From an uncultured Nitrospiraceae bacterium (lineage in GTDB: Bacteria > Nitrospirota > Nitrospiria > Nitrospirales > Nitrospiraceae): a DNA stretch of 64,000 bases. Location of the stretch: assembly GCA_963706325.1 (NCBI GenBank), contig CAVPLT010000005.1:96001-160000 (forward strand), read 5' to 3'. A model generated the notes under the pieces. The model was not told the origin of the DNA. It saw nothing but the letters and a program-made list of their open reading frames with translations, and did not search any database. Numbering within the stretch: position 1 is the stretch's first letter; every line of letters begins with the position of its first letter. Positions 53,725-64,000 of the stretch are shown here, in pieces. The position numbers and the translations under genes are program-made.

Positions 53725-53968
53725 CGTCGTATCTCCTCCTGTGGGCGCGCGACTGGCGCATGCACATCCGTAAGGCCGGATCATACGCGCTTAAAGCGGG
53801 TAAATCACGTGATCCATGACAGTGGGCTACTGACCGCCCGGCACCATAACAGTCAGAGTCCGTGGACAGAATCGGCAAAGTAGGCGGACGCAATCTCGCT
53901 TTATCCGGTTCATGGGGGTAAGATTTCTAGAGCGACAGTGAGAGTCCGTGAACAGAAATGGAGGCGGC

Positions 53969-54568
53969 ATGATGAAGGGGAGAGGCTTTTGGATCGGACT
54001 TGTGCTTGGCGCTCTCTCGATGGGCGTTTGGGGCCAGTGGGGGCCCGCCATCGCCAGCAAGGTGGCGAACCCGTCCGCGTGCATCCCAGCCGGAGCGGTG
54101 GCCGACTACCTTCATAACGTGATTCAAGCGGATCGAACGTTTTACACCACGGACGTGGTCGAGCGGATGCAGATGCGCGGCATTGTCTTTGCCGCGGAAA
54201 ATTGGCGAGAGAGTTCGCGACTTCCGCTTCCGGCCCAGTTCTTGTCGGAAGCAGGTCGCATCGTGTCCGCAGGACGCAGCGGCCTTCGATACCGATTGAT
54301 CAGCAATTGGGCGATCAATAATAAGAATAGCCCGTCTACCGATTTCGAGCGGATCGGTCTCACGGAGATTCTTGTGAATCCCGATCACCCCTATACGGCA
54401 GTGACGCAAGAGGGTGGAGCATCCCTCTTTCAAGCGCTGTATGCAGATACAGCCGTGTCTCAGTCCTGCGTGGGGTGCCATAACGCACATCCCAATAGCC
54501 CGAAGAAGGATTTTAAACCGCAGGACGTGATGGGCGGCATCCTGTTGACCATTCCGCTACCGCAATAG
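53969..54568 (+). CDS. DUF3365 (Tll0287-like) c-type heme protein
   Basis: LPLPAQF, YRLIS, SCVGCHN (CxxCH), DVMGGI. Confidence 0.85.
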   Translation: MMKGRGFWIGLVLGALSMGVWGQWGPAIASKVANPSACIPAGAVADYLHNVIQADRTFYTTDVVERMQMRGIVFAAENWRESSRLPLPAQFLSEAGRIVSAGRSGLRYRLISNWAINNKNSPSTDFERIGLTEILVNPDHPYTAVTQEGGASLFQALYADTAVSQSCVGCHNAHPNSPKKDFKPQDVMGGILLTIPLPQ

Positions 54569-54691
54569 GAGCCGTGATCAAAGGTTTTCACGACCGCATT
54601 GCTGGGGAAAAGTGGAGGAAGGATGACCTTACACGAGCATCTAGCTGGAAGCCGACGTGGTGCGGTGATAAGCCCCTTTCCAGTGCGAGCC

Positions 54692-55036
54692 TCAACGATT
54701 CGACGATGAATCATTGCCTACAACCGTCGTGGATGGCACAACCGCAGGGGGACGGTGCCCACGATTGTTCCGTTTCTGTCGGCGCCGGTCCAGCCACCAG
54801 GCCAGGAGAGGGAACAGGACGAAGGAGCCCGGAGCCATCAAGGCAAGGAGGTAGGGACTGAGGGACGTGAGCGTGACTAGATATCCTTGAAGCTGGGCCC
54901 GCTCAGCAGGTGTCCATCTGCTGCCGTTGCGTTGTTTCATTACCAAGGGCAGCAATCCTTGAATGCCCTGCATCTCAACCCTGATTCGATCCCGCTCGCG
55001 GATGAGGGGAGCATGAAAATACGAGAAAGGCTTCAT
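54692..55036 (-). CDS. Hypothetical membrane-associated protein
   Basis: GLLPLVMKQRNGSRWT..APGSFVLFPLLAWWLDRRR. Confidence 0.65.
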   Translation of the reverse strand: MKPFSYFHAPLIRERDRIRVEMQGIQGLLPLVMKQRNGSRWTPAERAQLQGYLVTLTSLSPYLLALMAPGSFVLFPLLAWWLDRRRQKRNNRGHRPPAVVPSTTVVGNDSSSNR

Positions 55037-55609
55037 GGGAATCCTTGTTACCAGCAGACCGGACAGGTCTTTGTGTGAGCATGAGCGGGAACATCTACGT
55101 CAGGCTGTCTGAGCTGCCTGTCCTGGACGGAAGAAATTAACGGAGCGAGAGCTGTAGCCGGTCTCCCACGCGAGGACCGGAGCATTCATGGGTCGGACGC
55201 ACATATTCTTAGCCGAGTGTCAGGCTGAGAAGGCCTTACAGCCCCCATGCGAAAGCCGATCTTCCGATACCTTCGATGCGTGGCTTAGGTATCGCATCCG
55301 GCACCGAAGAGTACGCAGGAGCGCAAGGGGTGTCAACTGAGGATGAAAATACGGCACGGATTTGGTTGGCGAGAGAGTGAGCCGCCCCTAACCTCCAAGC
55401 GGACCAAACCAAGCTCACCCTTGTGAAGAGGTTACCGCCCCCAACCACTTGGCTGGATGAAAGCCGTCGTGCGGGATGTCGGACTGCCATGGGACGCGAC
55501 ATGGGAACCCGGACTTCATTTCCATCAGTTCATAAAATTGACTCCCAATCCCATCCAGTCAGGAAACAGGCATGGTCCACGAGCCCTTGGTTTGGTACAG
55601 TCGGTTTCC

Positions 55610-56350
55610 ATGATGCGTTTGGTTCGATCCTTCATCGTTCCCGCGTTGGCCTGCCTCGGCTTGATCCTCTCGCCGGCGGCGGCCGTTTCTGCCGCTGACC
55701 GGGAATTTCCAGCCATCCTTCCTGATCCTCGGGCCGACGATTGGTGGATATCGCAACACGAAGCTCGATTGGCACGTGTGCGGCAGGGGAACGTCGATCT
55801 CCTCATGATCGGAGATTCCATCACGCAGGGATGGAGCAGCGATGGAAAGCGGGTGTGGGACACCTACTATGAACATCGCCGGGCGGTGAATCTCGGGGTC
55901 AATGGCGACGGGACGGAGCATGTCTTGTGGCGGCTTCAACAGGGGGAGATTGAGGGAATCAGCCCGAAGGTGGCGGTGGTCATGATCGGCACCAACAACA
56001 GCGCCACGCGCAAGGATCCACCCGAGCAGACGGCCGCTGGAGTCCAGGCTATTCTGACGGTCTTGCGCGCGCGTTTACCTGAGACGAAGATTCTCCTGCT
56101 GGGGATTTTCCCGCGAGGCGCATCCGCGACCGATCCACTTCGCCGCTTAAACGGCGCGATCAATGATCGCCTGCGACACTTCGCCGATGGTCAGCATGTG
56201 TTCTATTTGGACATCGGCCATTTGTTCCTCAATCCAAAGGGGCGACTAAAACCGGACCTCATGCCGGATCTTCTGCATCCCAGTGAGCGGGGCTATCGGG
56301 TGTGGGCCGAAGGTATGGAAGCGCGGCTCAGGGTGCTGCTGGGTGAGTGA
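55610..56350 (+). CDS. SGNH/GDSL hydrolase (PAF-AH Ib-like)
   Basis: IGDSITQGW, MIGTNN, DLLHP; signal peptide. Confidence 0.9.
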   Translation: MMRLVRSFIVPALACLGLILSPAAAVSAADREFPAILPDPRADDWWISQHEARLARVRQGNVDLLMIGDSITQGWSSDGKRVWDTYYEHRRAVNLGVNGDGTEHVLWRLQQGEIEGISPKVAVVMIGTNNSATRKDPPEQTAAGVQAILTVLRARLPETKILLLGIFPRGASATDPLRRLNGAINDRLRHFADGQHVFYLDIGHLFLNPKGRLKPDLMPDLLHPSERGYRVWAEGMEARLRVLLGE

Positions 56351-56940
56351 GGAGGAGTCGCACGTTGAGGCTCTTGCCATTGTGAGTGCAGAAACGCCCT
56401 GTTAGCGACCGCGAACGCCTGGTCCACAATATCTGCGGGCCTATGTTTGACGGTTATGCTCGCCGGGTCCTTGTTGAGAAAGTTGTCACCACTCCAACTC
56501 TTCGACGGTCTGATGCGCTGGGATCGAGCTCGGGCAGACATTGCCCCACACCTGCTCCACGCCGGCAGCACAGAACGTACATTGAGTAGGGGCACGTGCC
56601 TGCTTCAGGTGAGTCGGGTGGCTCGGTCTGTTGCGCTACTCGCAGGTAGGCCTGATTTCCAGCGTGCGGATCCTTTTAGGTGAAGCGCAGTCTACGGCAA
56701 AGTCGGAAAAGTGGATACCACTGCGGAGGCGGGGAGGGGCATTGTGCGAGGAGGGGAGTAATAAGCGGAGAGAGTCGCGCCGCCGTGCATTGTGTAATGG
56801 TCGGTTCCTCTCGCTTCTGGCGGCCTGCGCCCGGGTCGTCATACCAGTCAGCACATCGGTTGACCGAGGTTTGGCGTGGGCGTAACATCAAACCGTAAAC
56901 CGTGAACGGTCCTATCCCATTCGCATGGGAGGAAGCTGTT

Positions 56941-57186
56941 GTGGAGAACGACGCCCAGGATCAGCCCGTCCTCAAATACATTCAGAACCTGGCCGCAGAG
57001 GAACACCGATTGTACGAGCAAGGGACACTTCCTAAGGTCGATCGTAAGCGGCTCGCGCAAATCCAGGTCGAACTGGATCAGTGCTGGGATTTCTTGCGCC
57101 AGCGACGCGCTCTTCGTGACGTCGGGCTTGACCCGGACGATGCGGAGGTTCGCCCGCCACAGGTCGTCGAGAATTATGAGCAGTAG
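56941..57186 (+). CDS. DUF2630 family protein
   Basis: EEHRL, VELDQCWDFLRQRRA, VRPPQVVENY; GGAGG SD. Confidence 0.85.
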   Translation: MENDAQDQPVLKYIQNLAAEEHRLYEQGTLPKVDRKRLAQIQVELDQCWDFLRQRRALRDVGLDPDDAEVRPPQVVENYEQ

Positions 57187-57375
57187 GGATTCCTCGGCAC
57201 CGAGTGGACGAGAGTTGGTGCGTACCGCTCTTGAGTGATCCGACAGCAACTCTGATCGCTGTCTCGGCGTGTTTGATACCTCTGCCTTTGTACAGAGACC
57301 CTCGCAGCGATCTGAAAGCCGAGCCGCCACGCGCCGAGAAATGCGTGATTGCAAGACCTGACCCTCACTCTTGTG

Positions 57376-57504
57376 GACATTGCGTAAGACCGACTCCACG
57401 CATGCGGGACAGAACGTACATTCATAGGAGCAGATGCGTGCCTCACGTGAGTCGGGTGGCAGCGTTTTGTTGCAGTGCTCGCAGGTCGGCCTGAGTTCCA
57501 GCAT
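57376..57504 (-). pseudogene. Truncated DUF1272 zinc-binding protein
   Basis: MLELRPTCEHC..ARICSYECTFCPACVE..NV, then the expected CPNCGG is replaced by unrelated sequence. Confidence 0.7.
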
Positions 57505-57665
57505 GGCGGTTCCCTTAATCCGGAGTGGCTCACGAATCAGTTTGCTGTGGCCAAGTCTAGCGCAAAGCGGAAGGCGTATCCATTATTGCGGAGGCGATGG
57601 GGAAAGGGGGTGTGCGAGGAAGAGGCCGGAGCGCCATGGACCGCGAAATGATTCCTTGCGCCGAT

Positions 57666-59303
57666 TCATTTCTGCTCTGTCTTTAGGGCACTTGCTCTCT
57701 GTTGGTCAGCTACTATGCTGTAAACACTTCGTTCGCAGTATATTTCGCTCAGCTCATTTTGAGTAAGGTTATTCAGCTCGGTGAAGTCCGACGCGTTTGT
57801 CATCCATTCAAGAAGCTTTTCTTTCGGCGTGTTCTTATAGCTTTCGTACATGAAGTCGAATAGCTCCAGTGGTGTTTTTGTCTTTCGTCCTTGTTGAAGG
57901 TGCACACCAAAGAATGTGTCAGGGAACTTCTTGTAGTCGTCTAGTTCCGCCTGAGACATGGGCGCTCTGCAGATCCATCCATTTTCGTATCCTAAAAACA
58001 TTTCACCACTACTAGGATCCACAGTCGCCGTCGTTAACCGAGCAGGAACTTCCTTGCCGTCGGGCCCAGGTGCCATATAGGTCTGGCCGATCTGAATGCG
58101 AGGCAGCTGACAATCCGAAAACGCTACTGAGGGCAGTTCGCCGTCGAAAGTTGATGGGATATGGGAGTGTTTTTCAATAGATCGCATCAAATCAAATATC
58201 TCGACGTGTTTCTCTCGTGCTCGCAATGCCGCTCTGATGGATGGGAAAGCCGCCCCGAGGAAATTCGATATCTTGAAACCATAAAAGGTTGCGACCATAT
58301 GTGTTAGGGAGCTTTCAGGGAAGTAATGGTCAGATATATTAGTTAAGCAGACGTAAGCAGGTGGCGCCGGATGATTCGCGATCTTCAGGCGAGCCTCTGC
58401 GCTCTTGAGGAGGTATTCAGCACGTTTAATCAATCGTTCGGCTTGCTTCTCTGAGCTAATTGGGTAATTCAGATCGAGGAATACCAGTCTGGCGTGGTCT
58501 GCCCTTTTTTCTAACGCCTCTCTCAACTGACGGCCGATATTAAACCTCCTTGGCCCTTGGTTGCTTGCCCCAGGGTTTCTGGATTTCGCTTCTACTGAGA
58601 ACTTCTTATTAGACCTAGGGTAAGTTGCGGTGAACTCACAATGGGAGCTTGATCTATCAGATTCATTCTCAAATTCAAGTTCGAAACCTGCCTTAATCAA
58701 CCATGCTGCGACCTGGGTTTCAAAGAAAGCGCCAGGGAAGTTGTCTTCATTTCGCAGCCTAGCCAGAAGGCGTGTTTGGATATCTGAACCGTTGTGGGCA
58801 ATCAGATAGAGGTTGTATGCGAGTCGATAATAAGCAGATGCGGCTCCGGTCATTGGGGACGAAAAAACATTGCCTGCTTGTATTATGTGCTCGCGTTGTA
58901 AGGTGCAGACATTGTGGTACCATCTGAGAATGGGATGACGTTCGGCGAACGATTTCTTTAGTTCGGTATTTCCCCATTCCTCGCCTAGAGCACGCTTGAT
59001 GTAATCGCCAAGAAAGTCGTGGAAGGTCTTCCACTTGCCATAATGTACTTTGCTGCCGACCGCTACAAATCGATAGCCCTGAAATTCAGCTGAGATAATT
59101 GGCCGTCCAAGCCCTTGCTGCTGTTGGCGCTGAATCTCTTTCGCCTGCTTTTGTTCAAGGAGGCGTTTGCCCTCTTCTTCGATGCTCTTTTCAATGCGTG
59201 CCTGCTGGAAGAGAAATGGAAGTTCAAAACGATAATTGTTGTGACATTTTTTGAACTTACGTCCGCTACCACAAGGGCAAGGGTCGTTTCTTCCAATCTT
59301 CAT
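57666..59303 (-). CDS. SEC-C motif protein with possible PD-(D/E)xK nuclease-like core
   Basis: KIGRNDPCPCGSGRKFKKCH; FETQVA..CEFTA..VEAKS; visibly AT-richer than the flanks. Confidence 0.8.
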   Translation of the reverse strand: MKIGRNDPCPCGSGRKFKKCHNNYRFELPFLFQQARIEKSIEEEGKRLLEQKQAKEIQRQQQQGLGRPIISAEFQGYRFVAVGSKVHYGKWKTFHDFLGDYIKRALGEEWGNTELKKSFAERHPILRWYHNVCTLQREHIIQAGNVFSSPMTGAASAYYRLAYNLYLIAHNGSDIQTRLLARLRNEDNFPGAFFETQVAAWLIKAGFELEFENESDRSSSHCEFTATYPRSNKKFSVEAKSRNPGASNQGPRRFNIGRQLREALEKRADHARLVFLDLNYPISSEKQAERLIKRAEYLLKSAEARLKIANHPAPPAYVCLTNISDHYFPESSLTHMVATFYGFKISNFLGAAFPSIRAALRAREKHVEIFDLMRSIEKHSHIPSTFDGELPSVAFSDCQLPRIQIGQTYMAPGPDGKEVPARLTTATVDPSSGEMFLGYENGWICRAPMSQAELDDYKKFPDTFFGVHLQQGRKTKTPLELFDFMYESYKNTPKEKLLEWMTNASDFTELNNLTQNELSEIYCERSVYSIVADQQRASALKTEQK

Positions 59304-59801
59304 TAAGTATCCTGGCAATTAAGATTATGTGGTCATTCTACTTTTTCAAAGTCGTTCTGGTCCATGCGTGCCTCGGCACAGGCGCCTTATTCCTCTCTCA
59401 CCTATCTGACGGGAGAGGGCCAGCTCCTTGAGCGGCCGGCGGACTTTGCGGCTTGCTTCTCCATCCCGATCGGGTGGCACCTTCGCCTGGGATCCCTCAC
59501 TCGTAGAGGTGGTCCCGACACTGGGCGGGGGTGCGAGTACGTGAGGGCTGGCGAGCGATAGGGAATCGCCAGGCCAGCGGCTTCCTTTCCCCTGCTGGAA
59601 ACCCCTGAGCTGATGTAGTTGGCTACTGTACCCCCTAGTCGATACCGCATTTCCCCTGTCCCCTTCGCCCCATCTCACCAACCCTTCCTAGGCCCTCTTC
59701 TCATGGCTGGTTGCATTGATTGTGCGCGAAGGGGTGTCGTAGAATTAGCCGGTAGATATCGGCTCGTGACACAGGGTGCTCCCTCAACCGAAAGGCTGCA
59801 G

Positions 59802-60906
59802 GTGAAAACGGTCGCCACGCTCCCACGGCCCATCACTGACTATCAATCGCTGTCGGCCGAAGAACTCTTCGAACGGACTCGTGCGGCAAAACGCACCCTC
59901 GGCGATCGTGTGATGATTCTGGGGCACAACTATCAGCGGGACGAAGTGATCCAGCATGCCGATTTTCGCGGCGATTCCCTGATCCTGTCGCAACTGGCCG
60001 AGCAAAAATCCGATCGGCCCTACGTGGTCTTCTGCGGCGTGCACTTCATGGCCGAAACCGCCGATGTGTTGAGCCGGTCCAATCAAACCGTCATTCTCCC
60101 AGACATGGCAGCCGGCTGCTCCATGGCCGACATGGCCGCCATTGAACAGGTCGAACAGTGTTGGGATGCGCTCGGACGGATCGTGCCGGTCGAGGAGACA
60201 GTCATGCCGGCGGTCTATGTAAATTCAGCGGCAGTCTTGAAAGCCTTTTGTGGGGAGCATGGCGGGCTCACCTGCACATCCTCCAACGCGCGCAAGGTCA
60301 TCGAATGGAGCTGGGCGCGCCGCGAGAAGATCCTTGTTTTTCCCGGATGAACATTTGGGCCGCAATACGGCCAACAAGATGGGCATTCCTCGCGAGCAGA
60401 TGATCGTCTGGGATCCATTCATGCCGCGCGGCGGCAATTCCGTGGAGGCGATCCAGCGGTCGAAACTGATCTTGTGGAAGGGCCATTGCAGCGTGCACCA
60501 GATGTTTCAACCGTCGCACGTCGACAATTTCCGCAAGCAATACCAGGACGTGAAGGTGATCGTCCATCCGGAATGCCATGAAGATGTAGTCAATAAGGCC
60601 GACCTGGTCGGTTCGACGGAATTCATCATCCGAACGATCACGGCGGCTCCGGCAGGTACTACTTGGGCGGTCGGGACAGAACTCAATTTGGTCAACCGGC
60701 TGAAGCATGAACAGACCGACAAGAAAGTGTTTTTCCTCTCCTCCACCGTCTGTCAATGCGCCACCATGTATCGCATCGACGCTCCTCACCTCTGTTGGGC
60801 GCTGGAAAACCTGGTTGACGGTCATGTCGTGAATCACATCGTGGTCCCGGACGATGAAAAGCAGTGGGCGAAGGTTGCGCTGGACCGCATGATGGCGCTC
60901 AGTTAG
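59802..60906 (+). pseudogene. nadA: Quinolinate synthase, split by a +1 indel near 60335 (real or sequencing error)
   Basis: ILGHNYQ, VFCGVHFMAE, GCSMAD, YVNS, CTSSNA in one frame; FFPDEHLGRN, GHCSVH, VHPEC, CATM in the next. Confidence 0.92.
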
Positions 60907-61030
60907 CGGGATGGTGAAAATCGCTTCCAACTGCGTTCTCGCATCGCTCCAAAGCTCGACGTACCGCAAGCTTACGCCTCGCATTCTCGCTCGCTGCGGC
61001 CTTACCGGAAGACGCTTTTGACGATCCCGC
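60906..61030 (-). repeat. Dispersed palindromic intergenic repeat, compact copy
   Basis: Terminal inverted repeat GCGGGATGGTGAAAATCGCTTCC / GGAAGACGCTTTTGACGATCCCGC; same internal blocks as the other two copies. Confidence 0.8.
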
Positions 61031-61227
61031 AAGAATTGCTAAGCGTCATAACTCGGTTTGAGGTGCCGCCGGCTCATCGCCTCACCGGCATTCGAGAGCA
61101 CTCAGAATATTGGGCCTGCGCGGTCTAGGCCGCAACAAACCACTGGTTCCTCTCGCCTCGTTTCGGTATAGTCCTCTCTTTACGCGCACTTCATTCAAAA
61201 TTTCGCTCCGTTCGACTGATCGCACCG

Positions 61228-64000
61228 ATGGACTATAAAGCGACCCTCAACTTACCGAAAACCGACTTTCCCATGAAGGCGAACTTGCCGCAGCGGGAGC
61301 CGGAAATGCTCGCCCGTTGGGCGCAGGAACGGTTGTATGATCGGATCCAGGAGTCCCGCCGGGGTTGTGAACAATACATTCTCCACGATGGCCCCCCCTA
61401 CGCGAACGGCCGGATTCACATCGGTCATGCGCTGAACAAGATTTTGAAAGACCTCATCGTCAAGTCGAAGACGATGTCGGGCTATCACGTTCCCTATGTA
61501 CCGGGCTGGGATTGTCACGGCCTGCCGATCGAGCACCAGGTGCTGAAAGAGTTGGGCGACAAGAAGCGGGATCTGGATGCCCTTGCGATTCGCAAACTCT
61601 GTAAGGAATATGCCGAGAAGTACGTTGCGATTCAGCGCGAAGAGTTTCAGCGACTGGGTGTATTGGGTGACTGGCAGCACCCCTACCTCACTTTGAACCC
61701 TGCCTATGAAGGGACGATCATCCGGGAGTTCGGCCGGTTCGTGGAGCGAGGCGGGGTGTATAAGGGTCTGAAGCCTGTCCTGTGGTGCACGCAGGATCAG
61801 ACGGCGCTGGCCGAAGCTGAAGTCGAATATGACGACCACACGTCGCCCTCGGTCTATGTGAAGTTTCCGTTGGTGAGTCCTCCAGCCGTCCTGAGCAAAA
61901 GATTCGGCGGAGTTGCGTTCCCTGTCGATGTAAAGACTGCGTCGGTTCTGATCTGGACGACCACGCCTTGGACCTTGCCCGCTAATCAGGCGGTCTGCCT
62001 CCATGCCGACATCGACTATGCCTTCGTGCAGGTCGGTGATGAACTGCTCGTCATGGCTGAAAAATTGGTCGAATCGGTCGCCAAGGCCTGCAGTCTGACG
62101 GCGTATACCATCGTTGCCGTGAAAAAGGGCAGTGAGGGGTTCGAAGGACTGGAGACCCAACGTCCCTTGACCACCGGTCTTTCGCCGATTCTCCTGGGAG
62201 ATTTTGTCACATTGGAGCAGGGGACCGGCTGCGTGCATATCGCGCCGGGCCACGGTATGGAAGACTACTTGCTGGTGCTGGACCACAATGCGAAGGCCAG
62301 TGTCGGCGAGCGGCTCGAAATCCTCGCGCCGGTGGACAACGGCGGGAAGTTCACGTCGGCAGTTCCCGAGTTTGTCGGACAACATGTGTTCAAGGCGAAC
62401 CCCAAAATCGTGGAGCGCCTTCAGGAGAATGGCCGATTGCTTGGTCATGGCTCGCTGAAACACTCCTATCCCCATTGTTGGCGATGCAAGCAACCCGTGA
62501 TCTTTCGCGCGACCGAGCAGTGGTTCGTGTCCATGGAGACCAATGAGTTGCGGCAAGAAGCCCTGGCCGAGATTGATCGGGTGCGCTGGATCCCGGCGTA
62601 CGGGCGCGACCGGATCAATGGGATGATCGAAAACCGGCCCGATTGGTGTCTCTCTCGTCAACGGGTCTGGGGTACACCGATTCCCGGTTTTACCTGCGTG
62701 AAATGCGGCAAAGTGCTGGCCCACCCCCGGGTGATCGACCATGTGGCAGATTTGATCGGCGAACATGGCACGGACTATTGGTTTGCGAACCAGGCCGCCG
62801 CATTACTCCCCGCCGGGACCCAGTGTGAAGAGTGTGGCGGGGCGGAATTCGAGAAGGAACGCGACATTTTGGACGTGTGGTTCGAATCCGGCGTGAGTTA
62901 TGCGACGGTGCTCAAGCCCAGGCAATGGTGGCCGGCGGACCTGTACTTGGAGGGGTCGGACCAGCATCGCGGCTGGTTCCACAGCGCCTTGTTGGCCGGT
63001 GTGATTACCGATCGGCGCGCGCCCTACAAGGCGGTGCTGACGCATGGATTTGTTCTGGACGGGGCGGGGCGGAAGATGTCGAAGTCGGCGGGCAATGTCG
63101 TGGCGCCGCAGGATGTGATTAAACAATCCGGCGCGGAAATTCTTCGCCTCTGGGTGTCCGCGCAGGATTACCGCGAGGACCTGCGGATTTCACCGGAGAT
63201 CCTGGCTCACCTGATCGAAGCCTATCGGAAGATCCGGAATACCTGTCGCTTCCTGCTGAGCAATCTGTACGACTTCGATCCGTCACAGCATCGTGTGCCG
63301 TTCGAGCAGTTGCCTGAATTAGACCGATGGGCACTGATGCGGCTGGGCGATCTGATCCCGCGCGTGCGGAAGGGGTATGACGAATTTGAGTTCCATACGA
63401 TCTTTCATGCGTTGAACAATTTTTGCTCCGTCGATTTGAGCGCAGTCTATCTCGATATCCTGAAAGACCGGCTCTATACCTTCCGCAAGGACTCTCCGTT
63501 GCGACGCGGCTCGCAGACCGTGTTGTTCGATATCGTGGTGGCCCTCACGAAGCTGATGGCGCCGGTGCTGAGTTTCACCGCCGAAGAAATCTGGCGAACA
63601 TTGCCGGAAGCGGTCCGCGTCGACTCGAAGGCCGACAGCGTCCATCTGGCGATGTTCCCGGAAGTCGATCCGCGCTGGGCAGATGCTAAGTTGGCAAAGC
63701 GGTGGGAGCAGCTGCTTGAGGTGAGAGTGGCGGTTCAGGCGGCTCTCGAAGTGCAGCGTCGCGACAAGGTGATCGGCGCGCCGCTCGAGGCACGGGTCGT
63801 GATCGAGGCTCAGCCGGCACAGTATGAGTTGCTGAAGGCCTATGGCCAGGACTTGGCGGCGTTCTTCATCGTGTCGGACGTGGTGCTCATTGAGTTGCCG
63901 GATGTTCCAGAGAGCCCAGGTGTTATCATCAGCGTGGAGAAGGCCACCGGCACTAAGTGCGAACGCTGCTGGAATTATCGTCAGGCTGTGGGAACCTTTC
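61228..64000 (+). CDS. ileS: Isoleucyl-tRNA synthetase, 3' end beyond the window; absent from the ORF track
   Basis: MDYKATLNLPKTDFPMKANL, HDGPPYANG.IHIGH, EGSDQHRGWF, KMSKS, KCERCW; start, KMSKS and end all in one frame. Confidence 0.97.
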   Translation, partial: MDYKATLNLPKTDFPMKANLPQREPEMLARWAQERLYDRIQESRRGCEQYILHDGPPYANGRIHIGHALNKILKDLIVKSKTMSGYHVPYVPGWDCHGLPIEHQVLKELGDKKRDLDALAIRKLCKEYAEKYVAIQREEFQRLGVLGDWQHPYLTLNPAYEGTIIREFGRFVERGGVYKGLKPVLWCTQDQTALAEAEVEYDDHTSPSVYVKFPLVSPPAVLSKRFGGVAFPVDVKTASVLIWTTTPWTLPANQAVCLHADIDYAFVQVGDELLVMAEKLVESVAKACSLTAYTIVAVKKGSEGFEGLETQRPLTTGLSPILLGDFVTLEQGTGCVHIAPGHGMEDYLLVLDHNAKASVGERLEILAPVDNGGKFTSAVPEFVGQHVFKANPKIVERLQENGRLLGHGSLKHSYPHCWRCKQPVIFRATEQWFVSMETNELRQEALAEIDRVRWIPAYGRDRINGMIENRPDWCLSRQRVWGTPIPGFTCVKCGKVLAHPRVIDHVADLIGEHGTDYWFANQAAALLPAGTQCEECGGAEFEKERDILDVWFESGVSYATVLKPRQWWPADLYLEGSDQHRGWFHSALLAGVITDRRAPYKAVLTHGFVLDGAGRKMSKSAGNVVAPQDVIKQSGAEILRLWVSAQDYREDLRISPEILAHLIEAYRKIRNTCRFLLSNLYDFDPSQHRVPFEQLPELDRWALMRLGDLIPRVRKGYDEFEFHTIFHALNNFCSVDLSAVYLDILKDRLYTFRKDSPLRRGSQTVLFDIVVALTKLMAPVLSFTAEEIWRTLPEAVRVDSKADSVHLAMFPEVDPRWADAKLAKRWEQLLEVRVAVQAALEVQRRDKVIGAPLEARVVIEAQPAQYELLKAYGQDLAAFFIVSDVVLIELPDVPESPGVIISVEKATGTKCERCWNYRQAVGTF

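Noticed and set aside
56848..57375. C-terminal part of the 218-aa ORF 56848..57504
   Set aside because: Read-through after the DUF1272 truncation, overlapping the real DUF2630 gene antisense.
59346..59800. Possible NAD+ riboswitch or sRNA upstream of nadA
   Set aside because: No recognisable aptamer consensus by eye; would need an Rfam/Infernal scan.
61252..62766. 504-aa minus-strand ORF
   Set aside because: Antisense shadow of ileS, which the track missed because its stop lies outside the window.

Overview
Bacterial chromosomal window. Gene order, gene content and a dispersed intergenic repeat look Nitrospira-like (inference, not checked against a database). 1-18.4 kb is housekeeping: cupin, leuB, NHL-repeat protein, asd, SpoIID/LytB, frameshifted queA, SurA-N, RDD, mreBCD-mrdA-rodA, rng, dprA, topA. 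18.5-31 kb is an iron locus: two divergent bacterioferritins, a minus-strand operon (porin, lipoprotein, FMN-binding protein, His-containing membrane protein), apbE, a decayed tonB-like remnant, exbBD, a Fe3+ ABC transporter and fur, with three related Fur-like boxes. The best candidate for something new is an unannotated 58-aa Mu-Com-like zinc-finger ORF at the head of the porin operon. It is followed by a leader whose hairpin sequesters the porin Shine-Dalgarno and contains a Com-type GAGNNCC motif, the layout of a phage com/mom translational switch. 31-47 kb holds regulators, an M32 peptidase, and an acyltransferase-FkbH-(DH-KR)-ACP-wzt cluster behind three 22-bp-phased boxes. 47-64 kb holds ygfZ, thi4-thiC under a TPP riboswitch, accessory genes including an AT-richer SEC-C protein, frameshifted nadA, and ileS running off the window end. 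No rRNA, tRNA, CRISPR array or intact transposase was seen.
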